Source: a virus. From it: 64,000 nt of DNA. The notes under the pieces are model-generated. The model worked only from the letters and a program-made list of their open reading frames with translations. It had not been told where the DNA came from and did no database searches. Shown one piece after another: positions 47,616 through 57,697 of this stretch. The DNA is taken from the IMG/VR virus record IMGVR_UViG_3300008050_000024, positions 1-64,000 of that record; one strand, 5' to 3'. The position numbers were made by a program, and so were the translations under genes. Every line of letters starts with the position of its first letter. Within the stretch, counting starts at the first letter, position 1.

Positions 47616-49221
47616 ATCGGAACGAGCACAGGCACAGAGGGACAGGATCAAACAAGATGCTGTTGCCTCTCAATCAAAAGGAGCGGATTACTTAGGAAAT
47701 TCCAAGTTTCCTATAAAGACGCTCAACCTCAAAACAGGCACCCATTTTTTGGATTTCATGCCCTATGATGTTACTATGGAGGGATCTCCTCACAAGGTAA
47801 TACCGGGCGACATTTGGTACAGGAGGAGTATCCTACTTCACCGAAACATCGGTTCAGAAAACATCAAACTGGTTTGTCCCAAAACCTTTGGGAAAGATAA
47901 ACCCTGCCCCATTTGTGCCCATCGTAACTATCTACAAGGGCTCGGAGATCCTTCCATGGACGCTCTTATCAGCTCGATTAAGCACCATGAACGTACTTTG
48001 TTTAATGTGGTGGATCTTAATAATTCGTCCGTGGGTACTCAAATACTGGATGCCGGGGATTTCCTGTTTACTAACTTAATGATGAAGGAAGTTAATGAGA
48101 ATGATGATTTCCTCTACTTCACTGAGTTGGAGGGTGGGTATCAAGTCAAAATCCGAATGGATGAGAGTAGTTTCCAGGGACGCAGTTTTCCAAAGGCTGG
48201 TCGATTCGATTTCATACCCAGGGATTACACGTACCCAGAAGCCGCTATGCAGGCTGTTCATGATTTGGATGCCATCATCATCGTGCAACCCTATGAAGAA
48301 ATCAAAGAGTTGTTTTTTGAAGGAGAAGAGCCTCCTGTTGCTGGGGCAACCACTGTTTCTGTTCCTGGTGCCGTAGCCGGCGCAGCTCCCGCTGCTAATT
48401 CTGTTGCGAGTTTTATGCCAGCCGGTGCTGTTCCTTCAGGGACTGCTCCAGGTGCTGCCGCTGTTAGTCCTCCAGCTTTAGCCACAACGCAACCCGCCGC
48501 TCCTCCCGCATCAGTACCAGCGGCGCAACAAGCCGCACCGGGACCAGTAGCTCAACAAGCAGTACCGGCGCCAGCAGCTCAACAGGCCGCCGCTCCTGCG
48601 CCGGCTACTCCTGGAGTAATAACAAGAGACCCCATGCCAGAACAAAAGGCGAATGAGGCTCCCACGCAAACAGCTCCTCTAGCCACGGCACCTCAACGCA
48701 CAAACCCTCCCGGGACTGTAGCTGCTCAAGCCCCTCCCGCTGCTCCTCCTGCTGGGATACAGAGAAGTGCCCCTGCCGGAGCGGCAATCACTCAACCTAC
48801 CGAAATACCAACTCCCCCAAAAAAGGCGCCTCCTGGTCCTACCGGATATGAGCCTTGTATTGCCTGCCAAGAAACAGGCGTACCCTCAAATGGAATTGGT
48901 GACTGTTTCCCTTGCAAAGGATTTGGTTGGTTGACTGTGCAGGCCCCCCCTGCACAGCAACCACCCGCCCAGCCTCCTGCGGTTTCCCCTCAAGCTGTTG
49001 CACCCCCAGCAGCGACTCCCCCGCAGGAGGCTCCAGTAAATCAAGTTCCCGCCCCAGCAGCACAAGTGCCCGTGCAACAACAGGCCGCTACTCCGGGAGG
49101 AACGTGTCCAGATCCCGCTGGTACCTTTGGTGTTTCTACAAACGACATTCCCGCCTGTACAGCCTGCCCCTTATGGGAAGCTTGTGCGGATCGTAAGTTC
49201 GGAGACACCGTCCCATTCTAG
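47608..49221 (+). CDS. gp32-like ssDNA-binding protein with long Pro/Ala tail and Zn modules
   Basis: LDFMPY, HRNIG, VCPKTFG..CPIC; ATG 47608 after GGAGG. Confidence 0.8.
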   Translation: MNRSERAQAQRDRIKQDAVASQSKGADYLGNSKFPIKTLNLKTGTHFLDFMPYDVTMEGSPHKVIPGDIWYRRSILLHRNIGSENIKLVCPKTFGKDKPCPICAHRNYLQGLGDPSMDALISSIKHHERTLFNVVDLNNSSVGTQILDAGDFLFTNLMMKEVNENDDFLYFTELEGGYQVKIRMDESSFQGRSFPKAGRFDFIPRDYTYPEAAMQAVHDLDAIIIVQPYEEIKELFFEGEEPPVAGATTVSVPGAVAGAAPAANSVASFMPAGAVPSGTAPGAAAVSPPALATTQPAAPPASVPAAQQAAPGPVAQQAVPAPAAQQAAAPAPATPGVITRDPMPEQKANEAPTQTAPLATAPQRTNPPGTVAAQAPPAAPPAGIQRSAPAGAAITQPTEIPTPPKKAPPGPTGYEPCIACQETGVPSNGIGDCFPCKGFGWLTVQAPPAQQPPAQPPAVSPQAVAPPAATPPQEAPVNQVPAPAAQVPVQQQAATPGGTCPDPAGTFGVSTNDIPACTACPLWEACADRKFGDTVPF

Positions 49222-49256
49222 ATTGCAAAGGGATTGGAACGGAAAGGAAAATAGTT

Positions 49257-49670
49257 GTGAATGAGTTAGATGAAAACCTATTAGAAGACCCGCCAACAAA
49301 GAAGAGTTCCAAGTATTTTGCTGCTTGGACTAAGCCGGAGATTGTGGATCGTTTGGATTTAGCATGGGCAAGTACAGGCGCTCGTAGCCGGGCCCATTGC
49401 TTGAAAGCACTGGTTAATGATTTTATTAACCAAGCCAGTAATTCTGAGGATCGATGCATTACACGGATGGCGGAGGAAATGGCGAACGTCTGGCTAACTC
49501 GCACGTTTCAATCCCTCCCCGGTTTTTTAGACGAAGTGCGTCTAAAGTACACAAAGATGAAACTACCAACAAAGTACATTGAACAGGTATGTGAAAAGAT
49601 AAAGGTTATAATCAATGAAAAGAACGAACACGCCCGACGAGCAAACTTCGGAACCCCCGAAAATAAGTAG
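49257..49670 (+). CDS. Putative ribbon-helix-helix regulator
   Basis: FAAW..PEIVDRLD...SRAHCLKALV pattern. Confidence 0.45.
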   Translation: MNELDENLLEDPPTKKSSKYFAAWTKPEIVDRLDLAWASTGARSRAHCLKALVNDFINQASNSEDRCITRMAEEMANVWLTRTFQSLPGFLDEVRLKYTKMKLPTKYIEQVCEKIKVIINEKNEHARRANFGTPENK

Positions 49671-50877
49671 AACGCCGATAGCAGCAGGACCGCCTGTTGC
49701 TGCTGTTCCAGCCCTTGTTCAGGATGTTGCGCCGGTTATGCAAAGAATCCCCGGGACTGTACCAGCCGCTGCTCCCGTCCAAAGAGAAGCCCCTGGCGCA
49801 TCGATGTGCGGAGCAGTTCTTCCTGACAACTATATCGTATTTCCTACAGGATCATCACTTCTTAATACATACATGGCCCGTGATACGGGTTTGGGAGGAT
49901 TTGCCTCTGGAACGATTTCGAACGTGGTAGGAGATTCTGGTGGAGGCAAAACATTGCTGGCATTATCGTGTTTTGCCGAAATGGCTAAAAACCCGAAATT
50001 CAATGATTATCGATTTATCTTCGATGACGCTGAGCACGCCCTTGCCTTCGATTTAGAAACCATGTTTGGAGCAGAAGTAGCTCGGCGCATAGAACCTCCT
50101 AGAGAACCCAGAGATGCCAATGATAACGGCAGTTCGGCTACTGTTGAAGAATGGATGGATAACATGCATGCTGCAGGGGCGGACGGTCGTCCTTTCTTTT
50201 ACGTGTTAGATTCTTTAGATGCATTGCCGAGCGAAGACGAGCTTGATCAGATTGAAGACGAAAGAAAAGCAAGGCAAGGCGGTAAAGAAACTTCTGGGTC
50301 ATACGGTACGGCTAAGGCTAAGCGAGTAGGACAGGCCATACGTACGAGCTTAAAGCTAACAGACAACACAAGTTCCCATATAATGATTCTCTCGCAGACT
50401 AGGGATAAAATTGGAGGATACGGGGGTAAGGGACGCAGTGGCGGGAAGGGTTTACAGTTCTTCTCCTCCCATGTCCTCTGGGTGTCCATTAAAGCGTCAA
50501 TAAAACGCACTGTCAATAAAATGGAATTTGAGGTAGGGCGCACGATTGAAGTGCTTTTAGACAAGAACAAAACAGGGGGCATTCGCCGTAAATTCCTAGT
50601 CAATATTTTAGACCACTACGGAATTGACGATTTGCTTAGTATGTTGCAATACCTGGAAGCATGTGGTTGCATAGGACACGAAATAGACCCAAAGACTAAA
50701 AAGCCAAAGAAAAGCAGTCTACACTTTGAGGAACTGGGTTTAACCGGTGTTCCCGATACCATCATAAAAAGAATAGAAGAAAATGGATGGGAGTCTCGGG
50801 TTCAATCGATTCTAGTTCGTTGGGTAGCCAAAGTTGAAAAAAGTGTGTTAAAAGGAAGGAAGCCCCGGTACGCATGA
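49615..50877 (+). CDS. recA: RecA/UvsX-like recombinase
   Basis: PTGS, GDSGGGKT, DAEHA, VLDSLDAL, SQTRDKIG, SGGKGLQF. Confidence 0.92.
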   Translation: MKRTNTPDEQTSEPPKISRTPIAAGPPVAAVPALVQDVAPVMQRIPGTVPAAAPVQREAPGASMCGAVLPDNYIVFPTGSSLLNTYMARDTGLGGFASGTISNVVGDSGGGKTLLALSCFAEMAKNPKFNDYRFIFDDAEHALAFDLETMFGAEVARRIEPPREPRDANDNGSSATVEEWMDNMHAAGADGRPFFYVLDSLDALPSEDELDQIEDERKARQGGKETSGSYGTAKAKRVGQAIRTSLKLTDNTSSHIMILSQTRDKIGGYGGKGRSGGKGLQFFSSHVLWVSIKASIKRTVNKMEFEVGRTIEVLLDKNKTGGIRRKFLVNILDHYGIDDLLSMLQYLEACGCIGHEIDPKTKKPKKSSLHFEELGLTGVPDTIIKRIEENGWESRVQSILVRWVAKVEKSVLKGRKPRYA

Positions 50878-51776
50878 TTTTGTTCGTTGATTGTAGTAAT
50901 CTCTGCCACGCCGCCGCACACACGACGGGTGATCTAGAATTGGAAGGAAAAAAAGTAGGGGTCATATTCGGATTCTTACAGAAGTTCCTATCCATTCTAA
51001 GGGAACGCCCGCAACCACCCTCCGCAATCGTGTTTACTTGGGATACTAGACGTCATGAGAATTACAGGAGGCGCATATATCCCAAGTATAAGGCCCAGAG
51101 ACAGGCAGAACCGGGCAAAGAGATTGATTATGATCAATTTACCCAGTTGCGTACTGAAGTTCTTCCCAATATGGGATTTGCTAATCAGTGGCACCAAAAA
51201 GGATATGAAGCCGATGACTTAATGGCTCAGGGCGTCCTATGCTATCCACAGGAACATCATACCATAATTTCTACTGATACAGACTTGTACCAACTACTTC
51301 GACCGAGCGTAGATATCATCAAACCAAAAACCCGTTTGAAGTTTACGTTGAAAGATTTTGAAGAACTGTTCGGAACAACGGATATGTCCCTGTTTATACA
51401 GGCAAAAAGCCTTGCCGGAGACAATTCAGACAACATCACAGGAATTGACGGTATCGGCGTACCCACCGCTATGAAATTTCTAACAGGGAAACTATTCAAA
51501 GGCAAAAAATACGATGCTTTGGTGGATCCACAATACACACATCAAACATCCTTAAATTCACGTTTAATCTGTTTGCCCTACAAACAAGCAGAAGATCCAA
51601 TCAAGATTCCGCACATCCAAGGAGATCCCATAGATTGGCCCACTATTTCTGCAGTATTAAAATCATTCAAATTTGAACGAATACTGATGCAAAACAGAGG
51701 GCATTACGCTGGAAAAACCGTAGATGAAAAAATGAGAAGAGTAGGAATAGCAAGGAAAGGATTTTTTAATGACTAG
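50874..51776 (+). CDS. 5'-3' exonuclease / flap endonuclease (T4 RNase H-like)
   Basis: VDCSN, YPKYKAQR, YEADD, STDTDLYQL, GDNSDNITGIDGIG. Confidence 0.93.
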   Translation: MILFVDCSNLCHAAAHTTGDLELEGKKVGVIFGFLQKFLSILRERPQPPSAIVFTWDTRRHENYRRRIYPKYKAQRQAEPGKEIDYDQFTQLRTEVLPNMGFANQWHQKGYEADDLMAQGVLCYPQEHHTIISTDTDLYQLLRPSVDIIKPKTRLKFTLKDFEELFGTTDMSLFIQAKSLAGDNSDNITGIDGIGVPTAMKFLTGKLFKGKKYDALVDPQYTHQTSLNSRLICLPYKQAEDPIKIPHIQGDPIDWPTISAVLKSFKFERILMQNRGHYAGKTVDEKMRRVGIARKGFFND

Positions 51777-52380
51777 TGGTAGTAGAAAAGGTTCGGGGGA
51801 AGAAAGAACTATATGCAAAATATTATCTCTTTGGTGGTCAGACGGGGAAGACGACAACGTATTTTATCGAACCGATGGATCAGGTGGAAGGGCTACTCGA
51901 AGAGCACAAAGAGGACAAAGCACTGCGGGCGCTTACGGCGATGTCGGCGCCACAAGTCCTACTGGCCAGCCCCTTTTAGATCGCACCGTAATAGAAATAA
52001 AAACAGGGTACAAGGGATGGAACATACAGGACTTGATCGACAGTCCCATGCGGAAAGGCGTACGCTCAGAGCAAACATACGAGCGTTTCCTGTTACAATG
52101 TATGCAAGACCGTCAGTTGGCTGTTGCGGCAGGGCTTCCTATTATCGGATGCACCGTCATAGCCAAAAGAAACGGAAGAAGGCGTACCATCTCTATTGAA
52201 GCACCTCTATACAATCATATCCAGGAAATGCAAGGTCCCTGGCCTGAATTTACTCGAATGATACTCAAGGCTTTCACTCCTGTTACCTGGACGGTCCCGC
52301 TTCCACATGATTCGATTATGATGGACTTTGAGGACTTCTTAAAATGGGTACAACCCTCGTCACTTGGAGGACAGGAATGA
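51769..52380 (+). CDS. Holliday junction resolvase-like PD-(D/E)xK nuclease
   Basis: KGSGEER, SGG, GD, IEIK. Confidence 0.75.
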   Translation: MTSGSRKGSGEERTICKILSLWWSDGEDDNVFYRTDGSGGRATRRAQRGQSTAGAYGDVGATSPTGQPLLDRTVIEIKTGYKGWNIQDLIDSPMRKGVRSEQTYERFLLQCMQDRQLAVAAGLPIIGCTVIAKRNGRRRTISIEAPLYNHIQEMQGPWPEFTRMILKAFTPVTWTVPLPHDSIMMDFEDFLKWVQPSSLGGQE

Positions 52381-53642
52381 GCCAACCGCCCTCCGGACAT
52401 ATGATGGGCTTTGGCGGTAAAAACTGGCAGGCCCATTCGGACACGCAAATAGAACTGCATCATGGAATCAATGTATTTACCGGGATATCTAATAATGGGA
52501 AATCGACTCTATTGCGTATTCTTTATTGGTTGCTTTTTAATGAGTACCGAGGAGATTGGTACCGATCATGGTGGGGAGGGGACACAGAGGCTTATGCCCT
52601 GTTTGAAGGAAGAACACGCATTTCCCGGGTAAAGACAAACTCCGACGACGTGTATCGGATACAGACTTTAGCCGGAATAAATGAATTTCGAGCCTTTAGC
52701 CGCTCTGTTCCTACAGAGATTGAGTCTTTCATCAATATGTCCGAATGTAATATCCAAAAGCAACTCGGAAAGCATTTCATGTTAGCTGATCGTCCTGTAG
52801 ACGTAGCCAAGTACCTAAATAGGCTAGTCAAATTAGATGACATGGAACTGGCGTTGCATAACATATCTAAAATGCTTACCCGGGAAAAATCAAGCAGATC
52901 TCACGAAAAAGAAAACCTAAAAAGACTTGAAGCAGGTTTTGCCGAGTTCCTGGGATTGGATGTTGTTGAGGCTGCTGTAGCCAAACTAGAAAATATGGAC
53001 AAGATGCGTGTCCAGATGATTAACGAAAGGACGCAAATAGAAGGGCTTGTATCACAAGCAGAGAGCGTCCAAAAATCCATTGATAAGAATCAACATCTAC
53101 TTACCGTGGAAAAGGAATTGCAAGGAGTATTAGAACTAGTAAGACAGCACAAAGAGTGTCAGCAAGAGATACTCACTTTGAAAAACGTATCTACGGATAT
53201 AACTACTCGAGAAAAGCTAGTATCAGAACAAATAGACCGAAATAACGTACTGGCACAAATCCTTAAAGATCTAGAAAGTCTTTTGGCTCAAACGAAACAA
53301 CTCGACAAAGTGCGAGCCGAAAGATCTGAGTTAATCTTGATGGTTAGTGATGTTGAAGCGAAACGCACTCTTCTGGAAACCAACGTCCACATGCAGTCCT
53401 TTTGGACAGAGCGGGCGGAGGCACTGTTGGGTCTCCAAAAACTAACAGTAGAATTAGAAGCCGTCCAGACAGAACACGCCGCTCTAACTGTTGCCGTAAA
53501 CAATTGCACAAAGACACAAGCAAACATCACAGAAACTCAGACAAGGCTGAGTTCTTTAGAGAAACATCGAGATGAAATCTTTCCTGATATTTGTCCCCTC
53601 TGTAACCAAGTCGTCCATAAGGAGTCCGCCGCATGTCAGTAG
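52377..53642 (+). CDS. sbcC: SbcC/Rad50 N-terminal half
   Basis: NWQAH, Walker A GISNNGKST, coiled coil, terminal CPLC hook. Confidence 0.85.
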   Translation: MSQPPSGHMMGFGGKNWQAHSDTQIELHHGINVFTGISNNGKSTLLRILYWLLFNEYRGDWYRSWWGGDTEAYALFEGRTRISRVKTNSDDVYRIQTLAGINEFRAFSRSVPTEIESFINMSECNIQKQLGKHFMLADRPVDVAKYLNRLVKLDDMELALHNISKMLTREKSSRSHEKENLKRLEAGFAEFLGLDVVEAAVAKLENMDKMRVQMINERTQIEGLVSQAESVQKSIDKNQHLLTVEKELQGVLELVRQHKECQQEILTLKNVSTDITTREKLVSEQIDRNNVLAQILKDLESLLAQTKQLDKVRAERSELILMVSDVEAKRTLLETNVHMQSFWTERAEALLGLQKLTVELEAVQTEHAALTVAVNNCTKTQANITETQTRLSSLEKHRDEIFPDICPLCNQVVHKESAACQ

Positions 53643-54598
53643 ATGGAATTATAGCCAGTGATGTTCACATCCGGGAAGATAGACCATACTGCCGGGTGGA
53701 CAATTATCAGGCAACACAATGGGATAAGATTGCGCAGATAATGCAAATTCAAGCGCAATTCAAAATTCCTGTATTTTACGGCGGAGATGTATTTAATGCC
53801 TGTAAAAGCTCTCCGGAACTTCTAGCAAAAGCAATGAGACGAATGCCTACAGGGTATATGGTCCCGGGCCAACACGATCTACCCAACCATAACATGAACT
53901 TGATGTATAAAAGCAATTTAGAAGTGATGATGGCGCACGGGACCATGGAATGCGTTTGCAGTAAAGGCGTTATGGTCACCTACGCTGAATACGCCGGAAT
54001 AACACGTCCGTATGCCGTATACGGTTTGCCTTGGCGGTATCTGGAAGAGCACGACGAAGTGACCCCAGAATCCTTTCCTATGCAATACCAAATTGGATCA
54101 GAACCCCCTTCTCGCAAAGTACTCATCCTCCACAAATTTGTATATGAAGGAGCCCTTCCCTGGCCAGGATGCGAAGAATGTCAACCCGAAGATTTCTTCA
54201 AAAAGATTAAAGGCTTTGACCTTATCGTCACAGGGGATCATCATACTCCCATAGTGGCTGAATCGGGAGACGGTGTTATACTGTGTAATCCAGGGCCGCT
54301 AATGAGAATGAAGGCGAATGAAGCGGACTACAAACCCCGTGTCTATTTATGGGATGCCGAGGCTAATCAAGTAAAGCCGCATTTCTTAACAATAGACGCA
54401 GAGGCAGTGTCAAGAGAGCACCTAGACACACAGAAAGAAAAAGATCAACGCATGAACGCCTTTATAGATTCATTGCAAGAAGATTTGGAATTGAGTTTAG
54501 ACTTTCGTGAAAATATGCATAAAGAGATTAGAGAATCAAAAATATCCGAGCCCGTCACGCAGCTCATACACAGGTCAATGGAAGAGAGGATTAAGTAA
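53633..54598 (+). CDS. sbcD: SbcD/Mre11-like metallophosphoesterase nuclease
   Basis: SDVH, GGDVF, PGQHD, GDHH, NPG. Confidence 0.9.
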   Translation: MSVDGIIASDVHIREDRPYCRVDNYQATQWDKIAQIMQIQAQFKIPVFYGGDVFNACKSSPELLAKAMRRMPTGYMVPGQHDLPNHNMNLMYKSNLEVMMAHGTMECVCSKGVMVTYAEYAGITRPYAVYGLPWRYLEEHDEVTPESFPMQYQIGSEPPSRKVLILHKFVYEGALPWPGCEECQPEDFFKKIKGFDLIVTGDHHTPIVAESGDGVILCNPGPLMRMKANEADYKPRVYLWDAEANQVKPHFLTIDAEAVSREHLDTQKEKDQRMNAFIDSLQEDLELSLDFRENMHKEIRESKISEPVTQLIHRSMEERIK

Positions 54599-54900
54599 TG
54601 ACTGAAATTAACAGCCAGCAACTAGAGAAAGAGATTCTAGAGCTAAATGAAAAGATAGGAACCGCCCGGGATACGGTAGCTCGGGAAACTGGTGTTTTAG
54701 GGCAGTTGAATAAAAACCTAAGCGAACTAGGCTGCAGCTCAGTAGCAGAAGCCGCCGAGAAGATAAAGGTCTTGGAACAACGGGAAGTGACACTGACTAA
54801 AAAAATTCAAGAACAGTACGCAGACATACAGACTAAACTGCTAACCCCTTCTCCTGACGCACATCCGGCGCCCCTAGCACCCCCGGGGCTTGGACAGTAA
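54598..54900 (+). CDS. Coiled-coil protein, probable SbcC middle piece
   Basis: Heptad pattern; position between sbcD and the sbcC C-half. Confidence 0.6.
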   Translation: MTEINSQQLEKEILELNEKIGTARDTVARETGVLGQLNKNLSELGCSSVAEAAEKIKVLEQREVTLTKKIQEQYADIQTKLLTPSPDAHPAPLAPPGLGQ

Positions 54901-54901
54901 C

Positions 54902-55546
54902 ATGGATGCTATTTCTCAAGGCATATCGGGCATACGCACGGCACTCGATAAGACTATTGGTCGTCGAGAGCAGCTCATGGCTACTGTACAAGCCAGCAGG
55001 ACGCGTATCGAGGAATTAGAACAGAGCGTCAAAGATCACGAAGAAGCCTGTGCGACAATCAAACACGTAGCCCAGAAGACACAGGATCAACTGCGGTTCC
55101 ATGTCACAAACATACCGACAATCGCCCTGGAAACAGTCTTCCCAGAAGAAGACCTCTCAGTCAATCTAACATTCGATCAAAAGAGAAATACCACCGAGGC
55201 CCTTATCGAGTTTCTAGATTCGAAAATACACCTAGTTGATCCACAAGAAGCCTGTGGAGGCGGGGTAGGCGATGTGGGATCCTTCGGTTTGCGTATGTCC
55301 TCCTGGAAACTAGCCACACCAGCAACACGACCCATTCTAATCCTAGATGAGCCTTTCAAGTTTTTGGATAAAACCAAAATAGGACTAGGAGCCCAGATGA
55401 TCAAAGAACTGAGTGATAAAATGGGAATCCAAATTATTATGGTCACACACTTGACAGAGATGGAAGATGTGGCGGATCGTGTTTATGCGGTAAACAAGAC
55501 TAAGCAAGGCGATTGGCGTGTCGCTAAGGCTGAGAGGAAATTCTAG
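54902..55546 (+). CDS. sbcC: SbcC/Rad50 C-terminal half
   Basis: Signature-like CGGG, Walker B LILDEPF, MVTH. Confidence 0.85.
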   Translation: MDAISQGISGIRTALDKTIGRREQLMATVQASRTRIEELEQSVKDHEEACATIKHVAQKTQDQLRFHVTNIPTIALETVFPEEDLSVNLTFDQKRNTTEALIEFLDSKIHLVDPQEACGGGVGDVGSFGLRMSSWKLATPATRPILILDEPFKFLDKTKIGLGAQMIKELSDKMGIQIIMVTHLTEMEDVADRVYAVNKTKQGDWRVAKAERKF

Positions 55547-55995
55547 TGGCTGATTTAGTAGTTACTTTGCCTCAGATTTCCAAAATATTCAATATTCCTG
55601 TATCCAAGCTAAAGCAGTGGCAATTCAGTGGTGTGTTCAATTCTACTACACAATACGCCGATAATTTCTGTTTCCGGGATATCATCCCTTTGAAGTTATA
55701 TCTTTGGCTTACGAAAAGCATGCACCCTTCCATTGTAATTGGGATGATATTGCCCCATCTTCAAAAAAACTACGATCTAGAAAAACTGCATATCATAAAA
55801 GTAGGAAACAATATTATTCCAATAATGACAGACACGGTTGCACAGGTGGGCATGACGGCGCAAGTCCCCAGAAAAGAAAACGACGACCTCAAAACTTTTG
55901 ATACTTCAAATCTGTCTATTCCTCACTTCCATATACAGTTTATGAAACAGTTCGAAAAGCTAGCACCTATATGGACCAGCCCAGGAGATCAATGA
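55546..55995 (+). CDS. MerR-like HTH protein
   Basis: LPQISKIFNIPVSKLKQWQFSG. Confidence 0.5.
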   Translation: MADLVVTLPQISKIFNIPVSKLKQWQFSGVFNSTTQYADNFCFRDIIPLKLYLWLTKSMHPSIVIGMILPHLQKNYDLEKLHIIKVGNNIIPIMTDTVAQVGMTAQVPRKENDDLKTFDTSNLSIPHFHIQFMKQFEKLAPIWTSPGDQ

Positions 55996-56277
55996 AACGA
56001 CTAATTCCAAACAAACCTATTCGAATATCGGAACAAGACATGGCCAAGGCTATCGGTGTCCCTACCGATGTTCTAGAAAATATAGCAAATGTACTCATCT
56101 CTTTGCGCCCGGAAGACAGCGTGAATTTAGGCAAAGTCTGTATGACTAAAAAATCAAATAATTGCATAGAAGTCGTATTGCCCAGACCAATACAATCTCA
56201 AGTGATTTACAGGGAGTTAATGGACGCTATTGACAGCCACTAGGACTAAGTAGCCAAACTACGATTCATCTAAAAAT

Positions 56278-57513
56278 ATGACAGAAACAACGCACGGTAC
56301 CCAGCCAATAAAAGCCAGTTCTAAAGTGTATGACAAAGCAGCATCCATTTCCGTACTTGTAGACAAGTACCGAGAAGATCCTGATAATAATGGTCAAAGC
56401 CTTTTAGATGCATATCTGGCAATTCAAGCAGTTGCACAAAACATCATCCTCAAGGAATCGCCCACCGATGCTTGGACTACCTTAGAAGAGGTCAAGATGT
56501 GTGCGGAGGAATACGCCGCCTACCTGGTAGAACAGATTATACGCCGGGACGAGTTAATCTTTGAAGGCGGATCTGCTTATAATTACATCAAGAAAAGCAT
56601 AATGAAGGTCCTGTCAGAATTTCTTAATCGAAACCAGACTATCGAAGATGTGTACGGAATTGACGAAGTAACATCATCTCACGGTGAGCCCGACAGTAAG
56701 CCCCCTCGAGTCACTTCCAGCTACGTACTACAGCATACCCAAAACTGTGAAGAAACGGCACTTCGTCGTATTATCCTATCCGAGACAATAGAAAGCGTGA
56801 TGCTCATCCTGGAACAAGAAGATGTCCCATTGTTTTTCTCTTGGATTATGGGCCGGATTACTAACATCCGATGTCTGTTGAGTAGACCCCGCCGTATCAA
56901 ATTCCAAGTATGCAAAAGTTTACTTGTGCATCGAGGGCGCGTGATACTCCAACCAGAAATGGAAGAACGGTTGAGTGAAGATTCTCTTGTGTCTTTGGTG
57001 TTTATGACCTATCTAACAAAAAGTGATCCAGCCTTAATGTATTTGCCTATGCTAGTTGGCGAAAACAATTTTATCAAAATGCTCTGGGCGTTAGCGGGAT
57101 CGAATATCCGATTCCCCGACAAAGAAGCATTAGAAAATATACACCGCCAGGCATTACAGGTCAGACACAGCTCCATTGGTAACTTTTTCATAGGAGAGCA
57201 TATACTAGCTCATTTAGCCGATAACATTAAACACCTGAAAAATCATACAATAAATCCAGCAAAAGTGATAAATGTAACAAATTCTGATCCCCTGGACTTG
57301 ACACATCATATGGTTTTCACGTACTTTTTAACAGTGTTCAACCGGACACACGATATATCAAAAAAAATACAAGAGAGAATCGACCGAGCCAGCCCAGACG
57401 ATTTAGAACCTATCGTCAATTTAATGCCCGATTTTATTCGATTGACTACAAATTTAGCGCATCTAATGAAAGAACTAAACGAACATCTTAATCCACGACA
57501 GGAGCTAGCATGA
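56278..57513 (+). CDS. Putative transcription factor with a Mor-like segment
   Basis: LVGENNFIKMLWALAGSNIRFP resembles the Mor family signature. Confidence 0.45.
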   Translation: MTETTHGTQPIKASSKVYDKAASISVLVDKYREDPDNNGQSLLDAYLAIQAVAQNIILKESPTDAWTTLEEVKMCAEEYAAYLVEQIIRRDELIFEGGSAYNYIKKSIMKVLSEFLNRNQTIEDVYGIDEVTSSHGEPDSKPPRVTSSYVLQHTQNCEETALRRIILSETIESVMLILEQEDVPLFFSWIMGRITNIRCLLSRPRRIKFQVCKSLLVHRGRVILQPEMEERLSEDSLVSLVFMTYLTKSDPALMYLPMLVGENNFIKMLWALAGSNIRFPDKEALENIHRQALQVRHSSIGNFFIGEHILAHLADNIKHLKNHTINPAKVINVTNSDPLDLTHHMVFTYFLTVFNRTHDISKKIQERIDRASPDDLEPIVNLMPDFIRLTTNLAHLMKELNEHLNPRQELA

Positions 57514-57697
57514 GCAATGATCCTTTAATCAAAAATTGCGACTCTGTTGAGGAGGCCCTCAACTTCATAGCCCAGCATCAACACAAGTATCAAAGTGCCT
57601 CCCAGACGCCATTACAGGGAGGCCGAGTGAGGGCAACACTATCTGGAAGAAAGCCTGACAAAGATCCAGACCTAATTCCTCTATGGGAACAGACGTG

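Noticed and set aside
48330-49100. GC-rich repetitive stretch as a DNA repeat or mobile element
   Set aside because: It is explained by Pro/Ala/Gln codons of the SSB linker.
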